A stretch of 64,000 nucleotides of DNA. It comes from Minisyncoccota bacterium (GTDB lineage: Bacteria; Patescibacteriota; Minisyncoccia; Phycocordibacterales; Phycocordibacteraceae). A program made the position numbers and the translations under genes. The DNA lies in the NCBI GenBank assembly GCA_036261925.1, contig DATAJW010000013.1, positions 22,544-86,543 on the forward strand, given 5' to 3'. A model generated the notes under the pieces. It worked only from the letters and a program-made list of their open reading frames with translations, was not told the origin of the DNA and made no database searches. Of the stretch, positions 10,461-20,138 are shown in pieces; position 1 is the stretch's first letter, and the number at the start of each line of letters is the position of its first letter.

Positions 10461-10587
10461 CATTGCCCGTTCTCCTTCCTTAGGTAGAGGAGTCCCAGCC
10501 CGGGATTCCGTCTGAATCCTAGTGCCGCGCGAAGGTTCTAGCAATACATCCTGATTTCGCTATACTCATATATATAACTACCTGCCT

Positions 10588-11148
10588 ATGACTATCCTCT
10601 ACATCGTGCTCGGCATTCTCGTGCTCGTGCTGCTCTGGGCCATCGTCGCCTACAACGGCTTCGTCTCGCTCCGCAATCGCGCCAAGGAGGCGTGGTCAGA
10701 TATCGAGGTGCAGATGAAGCGCCGTTACGATCTCATCCCGAACCTCGTGGAGACGGTGAAGGGCTACGCCGCGCATGAGCGCGCGACATTCGATAGCGTC
10801 ACTGCGGCGCGCGCCAACGCGATGAACGCGCAGACCGTCGCCGAGCACGCGGAGGCGGAGAACATGCTCTCGGGCGCGCTCAAGTCGCTCTTCGCGGTCT
10901 CCGAAGCGTATCCGGACCTCAAGGCGAATACGAATTTCCTCGAGCTCCAGCGCGAGATAAGCGATACCGAGAACAAGGTGATGGCCTCTCGCCGCTTCTA
11001 CAACCAGAACGTCCTGCAGCTCAACACGGCGGTCGAGCAGTTCCCGGGCAACGTGATCGCCGGACCGTTCGGCTTCGGCCAGATGGAGCTCTTCGAGCTC
11101 GCGGAAGGCGAGGAGGCAGCACGCCAGCCGGTGAAAGTTAGTTTTTAG
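10588..11148 (+). CDS. lemA: LemA family protein
   Basis: N-terminal TM plus conserved LemA core (RYDLIPNLVETVKGYA...FPGN). Confidence 0.85.
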   Translation: MTILYIVLGILVLVLLWAIVAYNGFVSLRNRAKEAWSDIEVQMKRRYDLIPNLVETVKGYAAHERATFDSVTAARANAMNAQTVAEHAEAENMLSGALKSLFAVSEAYPDLKANTNFLELQREISDTENKVMASRRFYNQNVLQLNTAVEQFPGNVIAGPFGFGQMELFELAEGEEAARQPVKVSF

Positions 11149-11527
11149 CCACTAGACGTTAGGGTATTAGGGAATGCAGACGTATCGGGACCTGATCGTT
11201 TGGCAACGAAGCATCGAACTCGTTACTGCCATCTATCAGCTCACGAACGCATACCCGAAATCCGAGCTCTTCGGCCTCACGAGTCAGATGCGGCGTGCAG
11301 CAGTATCCATACCCTCGAATATTGCCGAAGGATACGCGCGTAAATCCAGGAAAGAATACATTCAATTCCTGCGCATAGCAGAACTCGAAACGCAACTAAC
11401 AATCACCAGGAACCTTGCACTCGTCACGGAGGAGAAGCTCAAGGTATCCGAAGCGCTTCTGAACGAAACCATGCGTTTATTGAATAAGTTTATCTCTTCC
11501 CTAACGTCTAAACCCTAGTGGCTATAC
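11146..11527. mobile_element. Inverted-repeat-flanked about 380-bp insertion carrying a four-helix-bundle (23S rRNA IVS) protein gene
   Basis: left TAGCCACTAGACGTTAGGGTATTAGGGAA (11146-11175) and right TTCCCTAACGTCTAAACCCTAGTGGCTA (11498-11525) are imperfect inverted repeats; internal GC lower than the flanks; splits the usually adjacent lemA-htpX pair. Confidence 0.55.
11174..11518 (+). CDS. Four-helix-bundle protein (23S rRNA intervening-sequence protein family, TIGR02436-like)
   Basis: DLIVWQRSIELVTAIYQLTNAYPKSELFGLTSQMRRAAVSIPSNIAEGYARKS matches the conserved IVS-protein motif. Confidence 0.8.
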   Translation: MQTYRDLIVWQRSIELVTAIYQLTNAYPKSELFGLTSQMRRAAVSIPSNIAEGYARKSRKEYIQFLRIAELETQLTITRNLALVTEEKLKVSEALLNETMRLLNKFISSLTSKP

Positions 11528-11537
11528 CCTAATTCAT

Positions 11538-12431
11538 ATGGCAACGCTATACCAAGAACGCTCCGCCAACACCTGGAAGACCTGGAGCCTCATGGTCGGG
11601 TTCTTCCTGCTGGTCATCCTCGTCGGGTGGGGCGTCTCGTACTACTACGGCTCCCCCGTTATCCTCTATGGCGCGGTGGCGTTCGCGCTCGTCGGGAACG
11701 TGGGGAGCTACTGGTTCAGCGATAAGCTGGTGCTCTCGATGACGCACGCGAAGCCCGCGACGCGCGAGGAGCACTTCGATTTCTATACGGTGACCGAGAA
11801 CCTCGCCATCACCGCAGGCCTCCCGATGCCGAAGCTCTACGTGATAGAGGACCCGGCGCCCAACGCATTCGCGACGGGACGCGATGAGAAGCATGCAGTC
11901 GTCGCCGCGACGACCGGGCTCCTGTCGATGATGACCCGCACGGAGCTCGAAGGCGTCATCGCGCACGAGCTCTCGCACGTGAAGAACAAGGACATGCTCG
12001 TGATGACGGTCGCGGTCGTGCTCGCTGGGTTCCTGGCCATCATCGCTGACATCTTCCTGCGCATGAGCATGTTCGGCGGTGGCGACCGCGACAGCAAGGG
12101 GAACGCGCTCTTCATGGTTCTTGCCGTGGTCGGCATCGTTCTTGCGCCGATAGCAGCGCAGCTCATCCAGCTCGCTATCTCCCGCCGCCGCGAGTACCTC
12201 GCGGACGCGTCGGGCGCGCTCCTCACGCGTTACCCGGAGGGCCTCGCGTCCGCGCTCCAGAAGATTGGAAGCTACGGGGGAGCCATGAAGACCGCGAACC
12301 ACGCGACCGCGCACCTCTTCATCGGCAACCCGTTCGGCGCGCGCGCCGGCAACCTCATGAACAAGCTGTTCGCGACCCATCCGCCGGTGGAGGACCGCAT
12401 CAAGCAGCTGCTCCAGCCTGACGGACGGTAG
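11538..12431 (+). CDS. htpX: Zn metalloprotease HtpX (M48 family)
   Basis: HELSHV zinc motif, 4 TM, 297 aa. Confidence 0.85.
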   Translation: MATLYQERSANTWKTWSLMVGFFLLVILVGWGVSYYYGSPVILYGAVAFALVGNVGSYWFSDKLVLSMTHAKPATREEHFDFYTVTENLAITAGLPMPKLYVIEDPAPNAFATGRDEKHAVVAATTGLLSMMTRTELEGVIAHELSHVKNKDMLVMTVAVVLAGFLAIIADIFLRMSMFGGGDRDSKGNALFMVLAVVGIVLAPIAAQLIQLAISRRREYLADASGALLTRYPEGLASALQKIGSYGGAMKTANHATAHLFIGNPFGARAGNLMNKLFATHPPVEDRIKQLLQPDGR

Positions 12432-12460
12432 AGGGAATCCGTGCTATAAAAGTGCCATAC

Positions 12461-12547
12461 GGAGGCGTCGGATAGCGGTTTATTCCACCACCTTGGAAAG
12501 GTGGCAGGCTCGAAAGGGTCTCGAGAGTTCGAATCTCTCCGCCTCCG
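12461..12547 (+). tRNA. tRNA-Ser (anticodon GGA), long variable arm
   Basis: cloverleaf folded by hand: acceptor GGAGGCG/CGCCTCC, anticodon loop TTGGAAA, T-loop TTCGAAT. Confidence 0.8.
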
Positions 12548-12557
12548 CCGAATTGCG

Positions 12558-13418
12558 TTAGCGCGCAGGAACATCGAAATACCCCACGAGTTCACTCTCG
12601 ATGTGGTAGTGGTGCAGCTGCTTGTTGAACCGGTCCTCGATAGGTATCTGCGTCGGGTGGAACCCGGGCTTGAAGTAGAAGAGCCAGTACTTGAGGACGA
12701 GATAGTAGACTCCCCGCTTGCCGAGGAGATAGGGCATGCCGTTCCGCCAGACGCGCCACGAGAAGAGCAGCCGCTTCGCGGCAAGGAAGTCGATGATGCA
12801 GCGCGTATGCGCGATGAGGAAGGCGACGCTCACGAACGCGCCGATGAGGACGCGCATGACGTAGCCGCCGCCCTGCGCGCGGTACAGGTCTATCGCGGTC
12901 GAGCGGTGCTCCATCTCCTCGATGCAGTGCCAGCTCCAGACGCGGTCCATGCGCTCGTCCGTGTCCTCGCCCTCGAGCACGCCGATATCGATGACCTGCT
13001 TCGAGTACGTGGCGGTGAAGTGCTCGATGATCATGCAGGTCACGAGCCGCATCTTGAGGGTGAATATGCGTTCGAAGAACCGCAGCAGCACCTCGGTCTC
13101 CTTCACGTGCTTGGTCGCGGGGAAGCCTTGCGCGTCGAGGTAGCGGTTGTAGGCGTCGTGCATGAGGGCGTGCGCGGTCTCCTCGTGGATGAGTATCGCC
13201 GCCTGCTCCTTGAGCGCGGGATCGCTCACCCGCTCCCGCGCTTCCTCGACGGCACGGACGATGAACCGCTCGCCCTCCGGGACGGTCGCGGAGCTCGTGT
13301 TGAACGCGAAGGTGAGGAGTGCGTTATCCTTGAACCACCATTCCCGTATCGGCACTCCGTCGCGCACGAGCTTCTCTGCCGCTTCCCGTTCCCGCTCATT
13401 GATGATCGGCTCTTCCAT
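12558..13418 (-). CDS. predicted metal-dependent hydrolase (PF10118-like), hypothetical
   Basis: HCIEEMEH and HEETAH histidine-rich motifs; 286 aa. Confidence 0.4.
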   Translation of the reverse strand: MEEPIINEREREAAEKLVRDGVPIREWWFKDNALLTFAFNTSSATVPEGERFIVRAVEEARERVSDPALKEQAAILIHEETAHALMHDAYNRYLDAQGFPATKHVKETEVLLRFFERIFTLKMRLVTCMIIEHFTATYSKQVIDIGVLEGEDTDERMDRVWSWHCIEEMEHRSTAIDLYRAQGGGYVMRVLIGAFVSVAFLIAHTRCIIDFLAAKRLLFSWRVWRNGMPYLLGKRGVYYLVLKYWLFYFKPGFHPTQIPIEDRFNKQLHHYHIESELVGYFDVPAR

Positions 13419-13811
13419 CGTACGGAAAGTATAGCGCGCTGGCCTGCGCAGCTACACGCCCGCGTTGACGATGCCGCGCACCAAGGGCGATGTCCGATAG
13501 ATGTCCTTTATCGATCGACCGCCGTTCCACTACGGCAGACGCGCAGCGGTATCGGCGGTTCACGGCAGGAGGCGAGGCGGTGCGAACGGTAGGTGCGGCT
13601 AGACGCGAGCGGTCGCGGTTCCGAAACCTATCCACAGGTATGTCAAATCCCGCGCGCTTCATTGACCTATCATCATTGCAGTGGTACGAATGGTCGCAGA
13701 TACGTAGTCGTTCCGGTTGGGGCCGGACACGTGCATAGGCGCCCTTATATTCATTGGGCAGCGCCGCCATTTATCACGCGTACGAGGGCTCACGTTTAAC
13801 CTATTACTCCG

Positions 13812-16800
13812 ATGATCAAGAAAGATGCTCGCATGACGGCACTCCGCAAGACCCTTGCGGCGTTCAACGCTGCCGTACTGATGATTACCATGGTAGCGGT
13901 CAGCTCCCCTGTCGCGATAGCGCAGGAGACGCCGACAGATACCGCACCGGCCCAGGTAGAGGGACCGGTCACGTCGGACACGACGACCGATACGGACACC
14001 GACAAGAAGGATGCGACGGAACCGGCGCAGCCTCCGGCTGACGATACGCAGCCTCCGGCAACCGATCCCGGCACCGGTACGACCGGCGATGATGCGACCA
14101 ATCCCGAGAGCGGTGACCCAGCCGCTCCTAGCGACCCTGCGGTCGATACCGTCATCAAGGATGGCGGGAACGCGGTCATGACGTTCGTGGCGCCGCTCAT
14201 GGACGCGCTCCTGCTCGCGCCAGCAGCTGCGCTCGACCCGTTCCCGAGCACGAATGCGCAGAACCAGGTGAATGGGTACCCATATGTCGAGTTCGTGAGC
14301 GCCACTACGGATAGCGTCACGCTCAATTTCGTGAATCCGAAACCGCAGACCTATTATTTCGAGTATCGAATTGATGGTCTCGTACCAAGCGGTCGTCCAT
14401 CTAATTACAATCCCTGCAAGGAGTCGGCAACGCCTCTCAACGGCGCGTGTGGCGGGGCTCGGTATATCGCGGATGACGAGATTGCCTACCCCACTCACTC
14501 GGTAGCCGGAAACCTGACGAATCAGGTCACCATCCCGGCAGGCTCCACCGTCGAGATCCGCATGACATTCGGCCCAGAGCGTAACTACGATTTCGACTGG
14601 ATAACCTTCGATGTGGCAACGCCGCCCGATACGAGCAACATCAAGTTCGTCGGCAGCCCGAAGTACGTGCGCGCGAATAACGGGGGCGACCTCGCGGCGC
14701 AGCTCGTCACGCCCGACTCGACGACCGCGGTCAACTTCTTCATCGACGGGTCGGCAACCCCGGTTGCCGGTACGCTGCATGGGTCCGCGACGGCATCTAC
14801 CGATTGGTGGAGGCTCTACACGCCGCTTGCCCCGGGTGAGCACGCCATCACCGCGCAGGTAGAGATTGGCGGAGCCTGGTACGACGCAAGCGACACGGGA
14901 ACCGCGTATTCGCTCGATACGCCGTGGGCCCAGTACATCGTCCCGAATGCGGGACAGATGTTCCGTCCCGATGACATGGTCGTTCGGCTCAAGATCGATG
15001 ACCAGTTCGATCAGTTCAAGGAAGTCAGGGTAACGCTGAACAGCATCGTGCATACGGTACTGCGCTCCTCCTGCAATGACATCGGCGCAAGCGTATTGTG
15101 CGACCTTAAGGATCTCGGCCTCCCGGCCGGCACGTACTCCGCTTCCGCGACAATCTACACCAAGGCGAACAACCGGCTCGATAACCTGATGAGCGAGACG
15201 TTCACCATCGATGACCAGCGGCCGGTCGCGACGGGAATCCTCGTCGAGAATGCCGCACTCGGCGTCGTGACGAACACGGTGGTCGTATCGGCGAACGCGA
15301 CCGATGACCATGGCGTAGAGAGCGTGAACTTCTATGTCACCGAGCCGCGCAACGATGGCGTATGCACCGGAAACGGGACGAAGCTCGCGAGCGAGCGCGT
15401 GCTCGCGACCGATATAGATGGGAAGTATCGCGCAACGCTCGGCGTCGCGGGCCTCGCTGGCCCCTACTGCGTCACGGCGGTCGCGCGCGATGATGCCATG
15501 AACAACAGCCAGCTCATCCATCAGAAGGTCTCCATCGAGAACGCGGTGGTCGACAACGATGCGCCGAGCGTTCCGGTCATCATCGTCCCATCCAACGGTC
15601 AGGTCTTCACTTCCGCACCGATATTGAATGACTGGACGGACTCGACGGATGCGAGCGGGATAGATAAGTACGAAGTCGAGTATGTCTATTCGGATGGGCA
15701 CACCTTCAGCGGAGGCCCCTACCGCGAGACGGCAGGGAACGTGAGCCAGCGCAGCCATGCGCCAGGAGTGAGTGAACAGGGCGGCGTCACTATCCGCGTG
15801 CGCGCATACGATAATGCCGGCAACGTTAGCGGCTGGAGCGAGCCCGTCTTCTATGTGTACGACCAGGACGGTACCTATGTGAGCCGCATCATCTCGCCAG
15901 CTGATAGCGAAACCGTAAGTGGAGCGTCGTCTCTCACCGCGTTCTATGCGGACGAGAACGGCGACAATAACGACGGCGTGCAGTGGGCGGTCAGGAGCGG
16001 CGCGAGCTGCACCAACACGTCAGGTACGGTCTTCGGCAATGTCGACGGCCGCCATGACGCCGCTACCTGGGACCACGAGAACTTCGAGGCCTCGATCGAT
16101 ACTACGGCCATCGCGAACGGCGAGTACTGCTTCGTCTTCAATCCGACCGAGGATGCGGGCGACGCGAACCAGCGCCTGACGCGCGTCTTCTCGGTCCTTA
16201 ACGACGACAGCGTCCCGACGGTACCGGGCACCGAGACCATCACGGTCACCGGCACGACGGCATCCGGCGAGAACGATATCGGCGGTTGGTTCTTCAACCG
16301 CGACGCCTCGACGCAGTCCCCGTACGCATTCGCGACCGGTAACGCAAGCATCGGCTCGGGCAGCCTCTACGTCGAGCCGATCGAGAACGACATCAACGGC
16401 GATAGCGACAAGTTCATCGGCGAGCTCTTCCTCCAGAAGGCGCTCTCGGAGATCAACGGCATCTCGTTCGACTTCAAGATCGGCGCACCCGATGATACCG
16501 TCGCGGAGCAGTTCTACATGAACGTATACGCGACCTTCGGCGCATCGAGCGATACGAAGTACTACGATTGCCGGTACGATATCGTCGCGTCCTCCGGTTC
16601 GACCGCGGGCTACTCGACGGTCTCCTTCGATCCTAACGCTACCTACGCCCTCGTGACGCAATCGGGCAGCTCGCCGAGCGCCTGCCCGCAGAAGCCGTCC
16701 GACATGGGCGCTGGCGCGAAGGTGCGCGCCATCGCGCTTACGGTCGGGGACCAGAGCGACAACGACGCGGGCGTAAGCGGGTATCTCGATAACGTCATCG

Positions 16801-17291
16801 TGGATACCGATTCCATGGTCACGACGTATGACTTCGAGGCAGTTTCGGTTCCGGCAACCGTATCGCGCGGTAACGGCGGCGGAGGCGGTTCCGCCCGCGC
16901 TGCAGCGGCGAGCGCGGATGACGGCGACGATGAGGATGGCCGCGTGCTCGGCGCCTCGACGGACGCCGCCTGCAGCCCGCTCATCACGACGTTCATGGGC
17001 TTCGGCCGTCCGAACGATGCGGGCGAGGTGGGCCTCCTCCAGGACTTCCTCAATGCCCAGGCAGGCGCTGGCCTCCCGGTCACTGGCTTCTTCGGCGCGA
17101 TGACCCAGTCGGCGGTGCATGCGTACCAGAAGGCGCACTGGCAGGAGATCCTCCAGCCATGGTTCAGCGTGCCGGGTTCGGGCATCGCGGACGCGGACGA
17201 CTCGACCGGCTTCGTCGGCAAGATGACGCAGTGGAAGGTGAACATGACTCACTGCCCGGAGCTCGACCTTCCGACGCCAGAGCTCCCATAA
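13812..17291 (+). CDS. Giant secreted/surface protein (1159 aa) with C-terminal peptidoglycan-binding domain
   Basis: signal peptide; acidic T/P/D-rich linker; beta-rich repeats; C-terminal GEVGLLQDFLNAQAGAGLPVTGFFGAMTQSAVHAYQ resembles PG_binding_1. Confidence 0.7.
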   Translation: MIKKDARMTALRKTLAAFNAAVLMITMVAVSSPVAIAQETPTDTAPAQVEGPVTSDTTTDTDTDKKDATEPAQPPADDTQPPATDPGTGTTGDDATNPESGDPAAPSDPAVDTVIKDGGNAVMTFVAPLMDALLLAPAAALDPFPSTNAQNQVNGYPYVEFVSATTDSVTLNFVNPKPQTYYFEYRIDGLVPSGRPSNYNPCKESATPLNGACGGARYIADDEIAYPTHSVAGNLTNQVTIPAGSTVEIRMTFGPERNYDFDWITFDVATPPDTSNIKFVGSPKYVRANNGGDLAAQLVTPDSTTAVNFFIDGSATPVAGTLHGSATASTDWWRLYTPLAPGEHAITAQVEIGGAWYDASDTGTAYSLDTPWAQYIVPNAGQMFRPDDMVVRLKIDDQFDQFKEVRVTLNSIVHTVLRSSCNDIGASVLCDLKDLGLPAGTYSASATIYTKANNRLDNLMSETFTIDDQRPVATGILVENAALGVVTNTVVVSANATDDHGVESVNFYVTEPRNDGVCTGNGTKLASERVLATDIDGKYRATLGVAGLAGPYCVTAVARDDAMNNSQLIHQKVSIENAVVDNDAPSVPVIIVPSNGQVFTSAPILNDWTDSTDASGIDKYEVEYVYSDGHTFSGGPYRETAGNVSQRSHAPGVSEQGGVTIRVRAYDNAGNVSGWSEPVFYVYDQDGTYVSRIISPADSETVSGASSLTAFYADENGDNNDGVQWAVRSGASCTNTSGTVFGNVDGRHDAATWDHENFEASIDTTAIANGEYCFVFNPTEDAGDANQRLTRVFSVLNDDSVPTVPGTETITVTGTTASGENDIGGWFFNRDASTQSPYAFATGNASIGSGSLYVEPIENDINGDSDKFIGELFLQKALSEINGISFDFKIGAPDDTVAEQFYMNVYATFGASSDTKYYDCRYDIVASSGSTAGYSTVSFDPNATYALVTQSGSSPSACPQKPSDMGAGAKVRAIALTVGDQSDNDAGVSGYLDNVIVDTDSMVTTYDFEAVSVPATVSRGNGGGGGSARAAAASADDGDDEDGRVLGASTDAACSPLITTFMGFGRPNDAGEVGLLQDFLNAQAGAGLPVTGFFGAMTQSAVHAYQKAHWQEILQPWFSVPGSGIADADDSTGFVGKMTQWKVNMTHCPELDLPTPELP

Positions 17292-17302
17292 GGGACGCGT
17301 GA

Positions 17303-17335
17303 TACCGCAAAAACCGCGCCACACGGCGCGGTTTT
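17303..17335 (+). terminator. intrinsic terminator (AAAAACCGCGCCACACGGCGCGGTTTTTGT)
   Basis: stem plus T tract directly after the giant ORF. Confidence 0.75.
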
Positions 17336-17376
17336 TGTCTATACAGCGGGAGCTCCCGGTGCTATACTGCCTTCCG

Positions 17377-18408
17377 ATGGAAACGCCCCACCACGAGCGG
17401 CATCCGGCACGGCACGTCCTCGGGACGGCCGGCCTCATCGCGTTGACGCTCGCCGCGGTCGCGACGCTCGGCGCCGCGACGTTCTACGCGCGCACGTACC
17501 TCACCTCGACGCAGATGGCTGCGGTCATCTCCGCGGTTCTCGTCGACCTCGCGAACGACGACCGCACCGATGCCGCCCTGCCGGCGCTCACGGTGAATCC
17601 GAAACTGGTCGCCGCTGCGCAGGCAAAGGCGGACGATATGGCGGCGAAGAGCTACTTCGCGCATACGTCGCCCGATGGCACGACTTCGTGGCAGTGGTTC
17701 AAGGACGCGGGGTACGCGTACGCATCGGCGGGCGAGAATCTCGCGGTCGATTTCAACGATTCGGAGAACGTCGAGCGGGCGTGGATGGATTCGCCGACGC
17801 ACCGCGCGAATATCTTGAGCGGGAAGTTCACGGAGATCGGCATCGCGACCGCGGTCGGCGAGCTCGACGGCAAGCGCACGGTCTTCGTCGTGCAGATGTT
17901 CGGGAGGCCGGCCGCATCCCCGCTCCCGGTGCCGGTCGCGGCGGTCACGCCGCCCGCGCCGGAGGAGATAGCCATCGCCGCGGACGAGCCGGACGACGTG
18001 CTCGGCTCTACCGACGAAGCGCCGCACGCCGCGCTCATCGAGGATGAGGGGCTCGCCGCAGCCGTCGAGGGGGTCGCGGCACCGACGGCGCCTGAAGAAG
18101 CCGTCGCGCCGGCCGCCGAATCCGGCATGCCGCTGGTGGCGCCGGTCGCCGCACGCCACGCTCCCGTCTGGGGACTGGTCGCGGCCTCTCCGGAGCGCGC
18201 GCTCCGCGGCATCTATATCGCCTTCGCGTTCCTGCTGCTCGGCGCGCTCCTCATGATCACGCGCGTGGAGTTCAGGAAGCATCATTTCCGGCATGTCGCC
18301 GCCGCGAGCATCGCGCTCGTGATGCTGGGCGGGCTCTTCTTCGTCGCCGATACGTTCGTCTTCCCGGCGCCCGCCATCGGCCAGGCGGTCGCCTCGAGCA
18401 ATGGATAG
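17377..18408 (+). CDS. CAP/SCP/PR-1-like extracellular domain protein with C-terminal TM anchor
   Basis: YFAHTSPDG...GENLA...SPTHRANIL CAP motifs; start moved to the Met after the upstream terminator; TATACT 8 nt upstream of the ATG. Confidence 0.6.
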   Translation: METPHHERHPARHVLGTAGLIALTLAAVATLGAATFYARTYLTSTQMAAVISAVLVDLANDDRTDAALPALTVNPKLVAAAQAKADDMAAKSYFAHTSPDGTTSWQWFKDAGYAYASAGENLAVDFNDSENVERAWMDSPTHRANILSGKFTEIGIATAVGELDGKRTVFVVQMFGRPAASPLPVPVAAVTPPAPEEIAIAADEPDDVLGSTDEAPHAALIEDEGLAAAVEGVAAPTAPEEAVAPAAESGMPLVAPVAARHAPVWGLVAASPERALRGIYIAFAFLLLGALLMITRVEFRKHHFRHVAAASIALVMLGGLFFVADTFVFPAPAIGQAVASSNG

Positions 18409-18898
18409 GAAGCGCGCCATCGACCGGCGGGCGGCGATCGGCGCGGTCGCGCTCCTCGCGGTCCTTATCGTCTCGTCCTTCCTGTACCGGCAGGCGACCG
18501 CGCCATCGGTCGCGGAAGACGCATCCGTTCCGGCGCGCGCCGGAAACGCGCTCCCGTCCTCGATCGAGGTCGCCGATACGGAGGCGCTCCGCGAGCAGGG
18601 TCTCTCGGCCCGCGATTCGCTCGGCGACGACAGCGGCATGCTCTTCGTATTCCCGGCGTCCGGCCTCCACGGCTTCTGGATGAAGGATATGCGCTTCTCT
18701 ATCGACATGCTCTGGCTCGACGACGCGGGCGCCATCGTGCATGTCGTCTCGAACGCCGCGCCCGAGACGTATCCGGAGATCTTCACGCCGCCCGCGCCCG
18801 CGCGCTACGTGCTCGAGGTGCCGGCCGGCTACACTGCGCGGCGAGGGTGGGGGATCGGGACCGTGCTCGATTTGGGAGCGTACCAGGAAGAGAACTAG
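18401..18898 (+). CDS. DUF192 domain protein
   Basis: MLFVFP...FWMKDMRFSIDMLWLD conserved DUF192 core. Confidence 0.65.
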   Translation: MDRKRAIDRRAAIGAVALLAVLIVSSFLYRQATAPSVAEDASVPARAGNALPSSIEVADTEALREQGLSARDSLGDDSGMLFVFPASGLHGFWMKDMRFSIDMLWLDDAGAIVHVVSNAAPETYPEIFTPPAPARYVLEVPAGYTARRGWGIGTVLDLGAYQEEN

Positions 18899-18930
18899 AA
18901 ATCGATACCGGAAGACGGTACACTCTGCCT

Positions 18931-19251
18931 ATGCCTTTCCTGAATACCCGTCATACCGGCAGCGTACGAAGCCTCATCTATGAGGAGGATGGGGAGTGGT
19001 TCGGTGTCGCGCTCGAATTCAATATCGTCGAGACCGGCGATTCTCCCCAGGAAGTCTCTGTCCTCCTCGACGAAGCGATCCTCGGCTACATCGAAGCCGC
19101 GCAGAAGAACAAGTTGTCCATCAGTGTCCTGAACCAGGATACCGATCCCGTCTATGAATCCCTCTGGGAAGCCGGCAATTCCGAAAAGGAGGAAGAGCGA
19201 AAGAGGGTCTATAAAGTATCTGCGCAGACCATACCTGCGCTCGTAGCGTAA
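18931..19251 (+). CDS. hicB: HicB-family antitoxin (UPF0150)
   Basis: IYEEDGEWFGVALEFNIVETGDSPQEVSVLLDEAILGYIEAAQKN; AT-richer than surroundings. Confidence 0.55.
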   Translation: MPFLNTRHTGSVRSLIYEEDGEWFGVALEFNIVETGDSPQEVSVLLDEAILGYIEAAQKNKLSISVLNQDTDPVYESLWEAGNSEKEEERKRVYKVSAQTIPALVA

Positions 19252-19259
19252 TTCACTCC

Positions 19260-19493
19260 ATGCCGCGAGGTCTCAATAACTGGACTGCGGCAATGGTGAT
19301 GAGGTTCCTGAAGAAGAACGGATTCATGAATACGCATGAGCGCGGAAGCCATTTCTATTACTCAAAGAAATCGAACGCACGCAGCTACCTGGTCACCGTT
19401 CCGGTCCATGGAACCGATAGCATCCATCCGAAGACTATGAAATCGATCATCGCGCAGTCGGGCATACCCCAATCGGAATGGCTTAGGAAATAG
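19260..19493 (+). CDS. hicA: HicA-family toxin (YcfA-like mRNA interferase)
   Basis: MVMRFLKKNGF...RGSHFYY...SYLVTVPVHGTDSIHPKTMKSIIAQSGI matches the HicA pattern. Confidence 0.65.
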   Translation: MPRGLNNWTAAMVMRFLKKNGFMNTHERGSHFYYSKKSNARSYLVTVPVHGTDSIHPKTMKSIIAQSGIPQSEWLRK

Positions 19494-19516
19494 GGCGGAG
19501 ACCATTCCGGGCAAAG

Positions 19517-19546
19517 GAAGAACCCGCCGTGAGGCGGGTTCTTCCA
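19517..19546. terminator. hairpin GAAGAACCCGCC GTGA GGCGGGTTCTTC
   Basis: perfect 12-bp stem. Confidence 0.6.
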
Positions 19547-19552
19547 TGCAGC

Positions 19553-19997
19553 ATGGACCGGTCGATAAGCCGAATTCTGTAGCGCGCGCCCGCTACGGCA
19601 CGCACCGACGACCATCTATCTGGGACTGCTGTCGCCAGCAGCCTCGAGCGGCGCTCAACCTTGTGCGGAGCAGAAGGGAGCCCTCGACCACGCACCATTC
19701 CCGAAGGGAATTCCTATTTGGAAATTGGTGCTTGGAATGTGGAGCTTCCTTATGCTCCGCATAAGGTGCACGGCCTTGCACAGCGGTAAGGGTTTAGCCG
19801 TTTCAGTCGTACGTCGCCGTACGCCCGCTCTCAAGGAGAGCTCCTTCACCTTTCGGCTCCGGACGTTTCTGTTCGCACCTCGCGCCTCGCGGCGGGCAGG
19901 CGTTACCTGCTACCAGACTGCCCTCGCTTCAGCGTGGGCCTGTGTTCGGACTTTCCTCCATCGCCCGAAGGCGACAGCGGTCGTCTGACCGGTCCGG
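19553..19997 (-). ncRNA. rnpB: RNase P RNA (bacterial type A)
   Basis: reverse complement contains GGAGGAAAGTCCG (P4 5' strand), GGTAGCAGGTAACGCCTGCC, and ACAGAATTCGGCTTATCGACCGGTC (P4 3' strand and P1); P1 GGACCGGTC/GACCGGTCC. Confidence 0.8.
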
Positions 19998-20138
19998 TAT
20001 AATCATACCATCAAAATAGTCACTCGTACATGCCTGCGGTTCATGAAGCCGCGCATGGTTAGTCCCCATACGGCCCCGTCCGCAGCCCGTACAGGGGCTA
20101 TACTGGATTGCATTAGCAGGGCTGGGTAATTACGAACC

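Noticed and set aside
19362-19988. Several 60-90 aa ORFs between hicA and the 20139 gene
   Set aside because: They lie on or antisense to the RNase P RNA gene, whose conserved P4 and P1 sequences are unambiguous.
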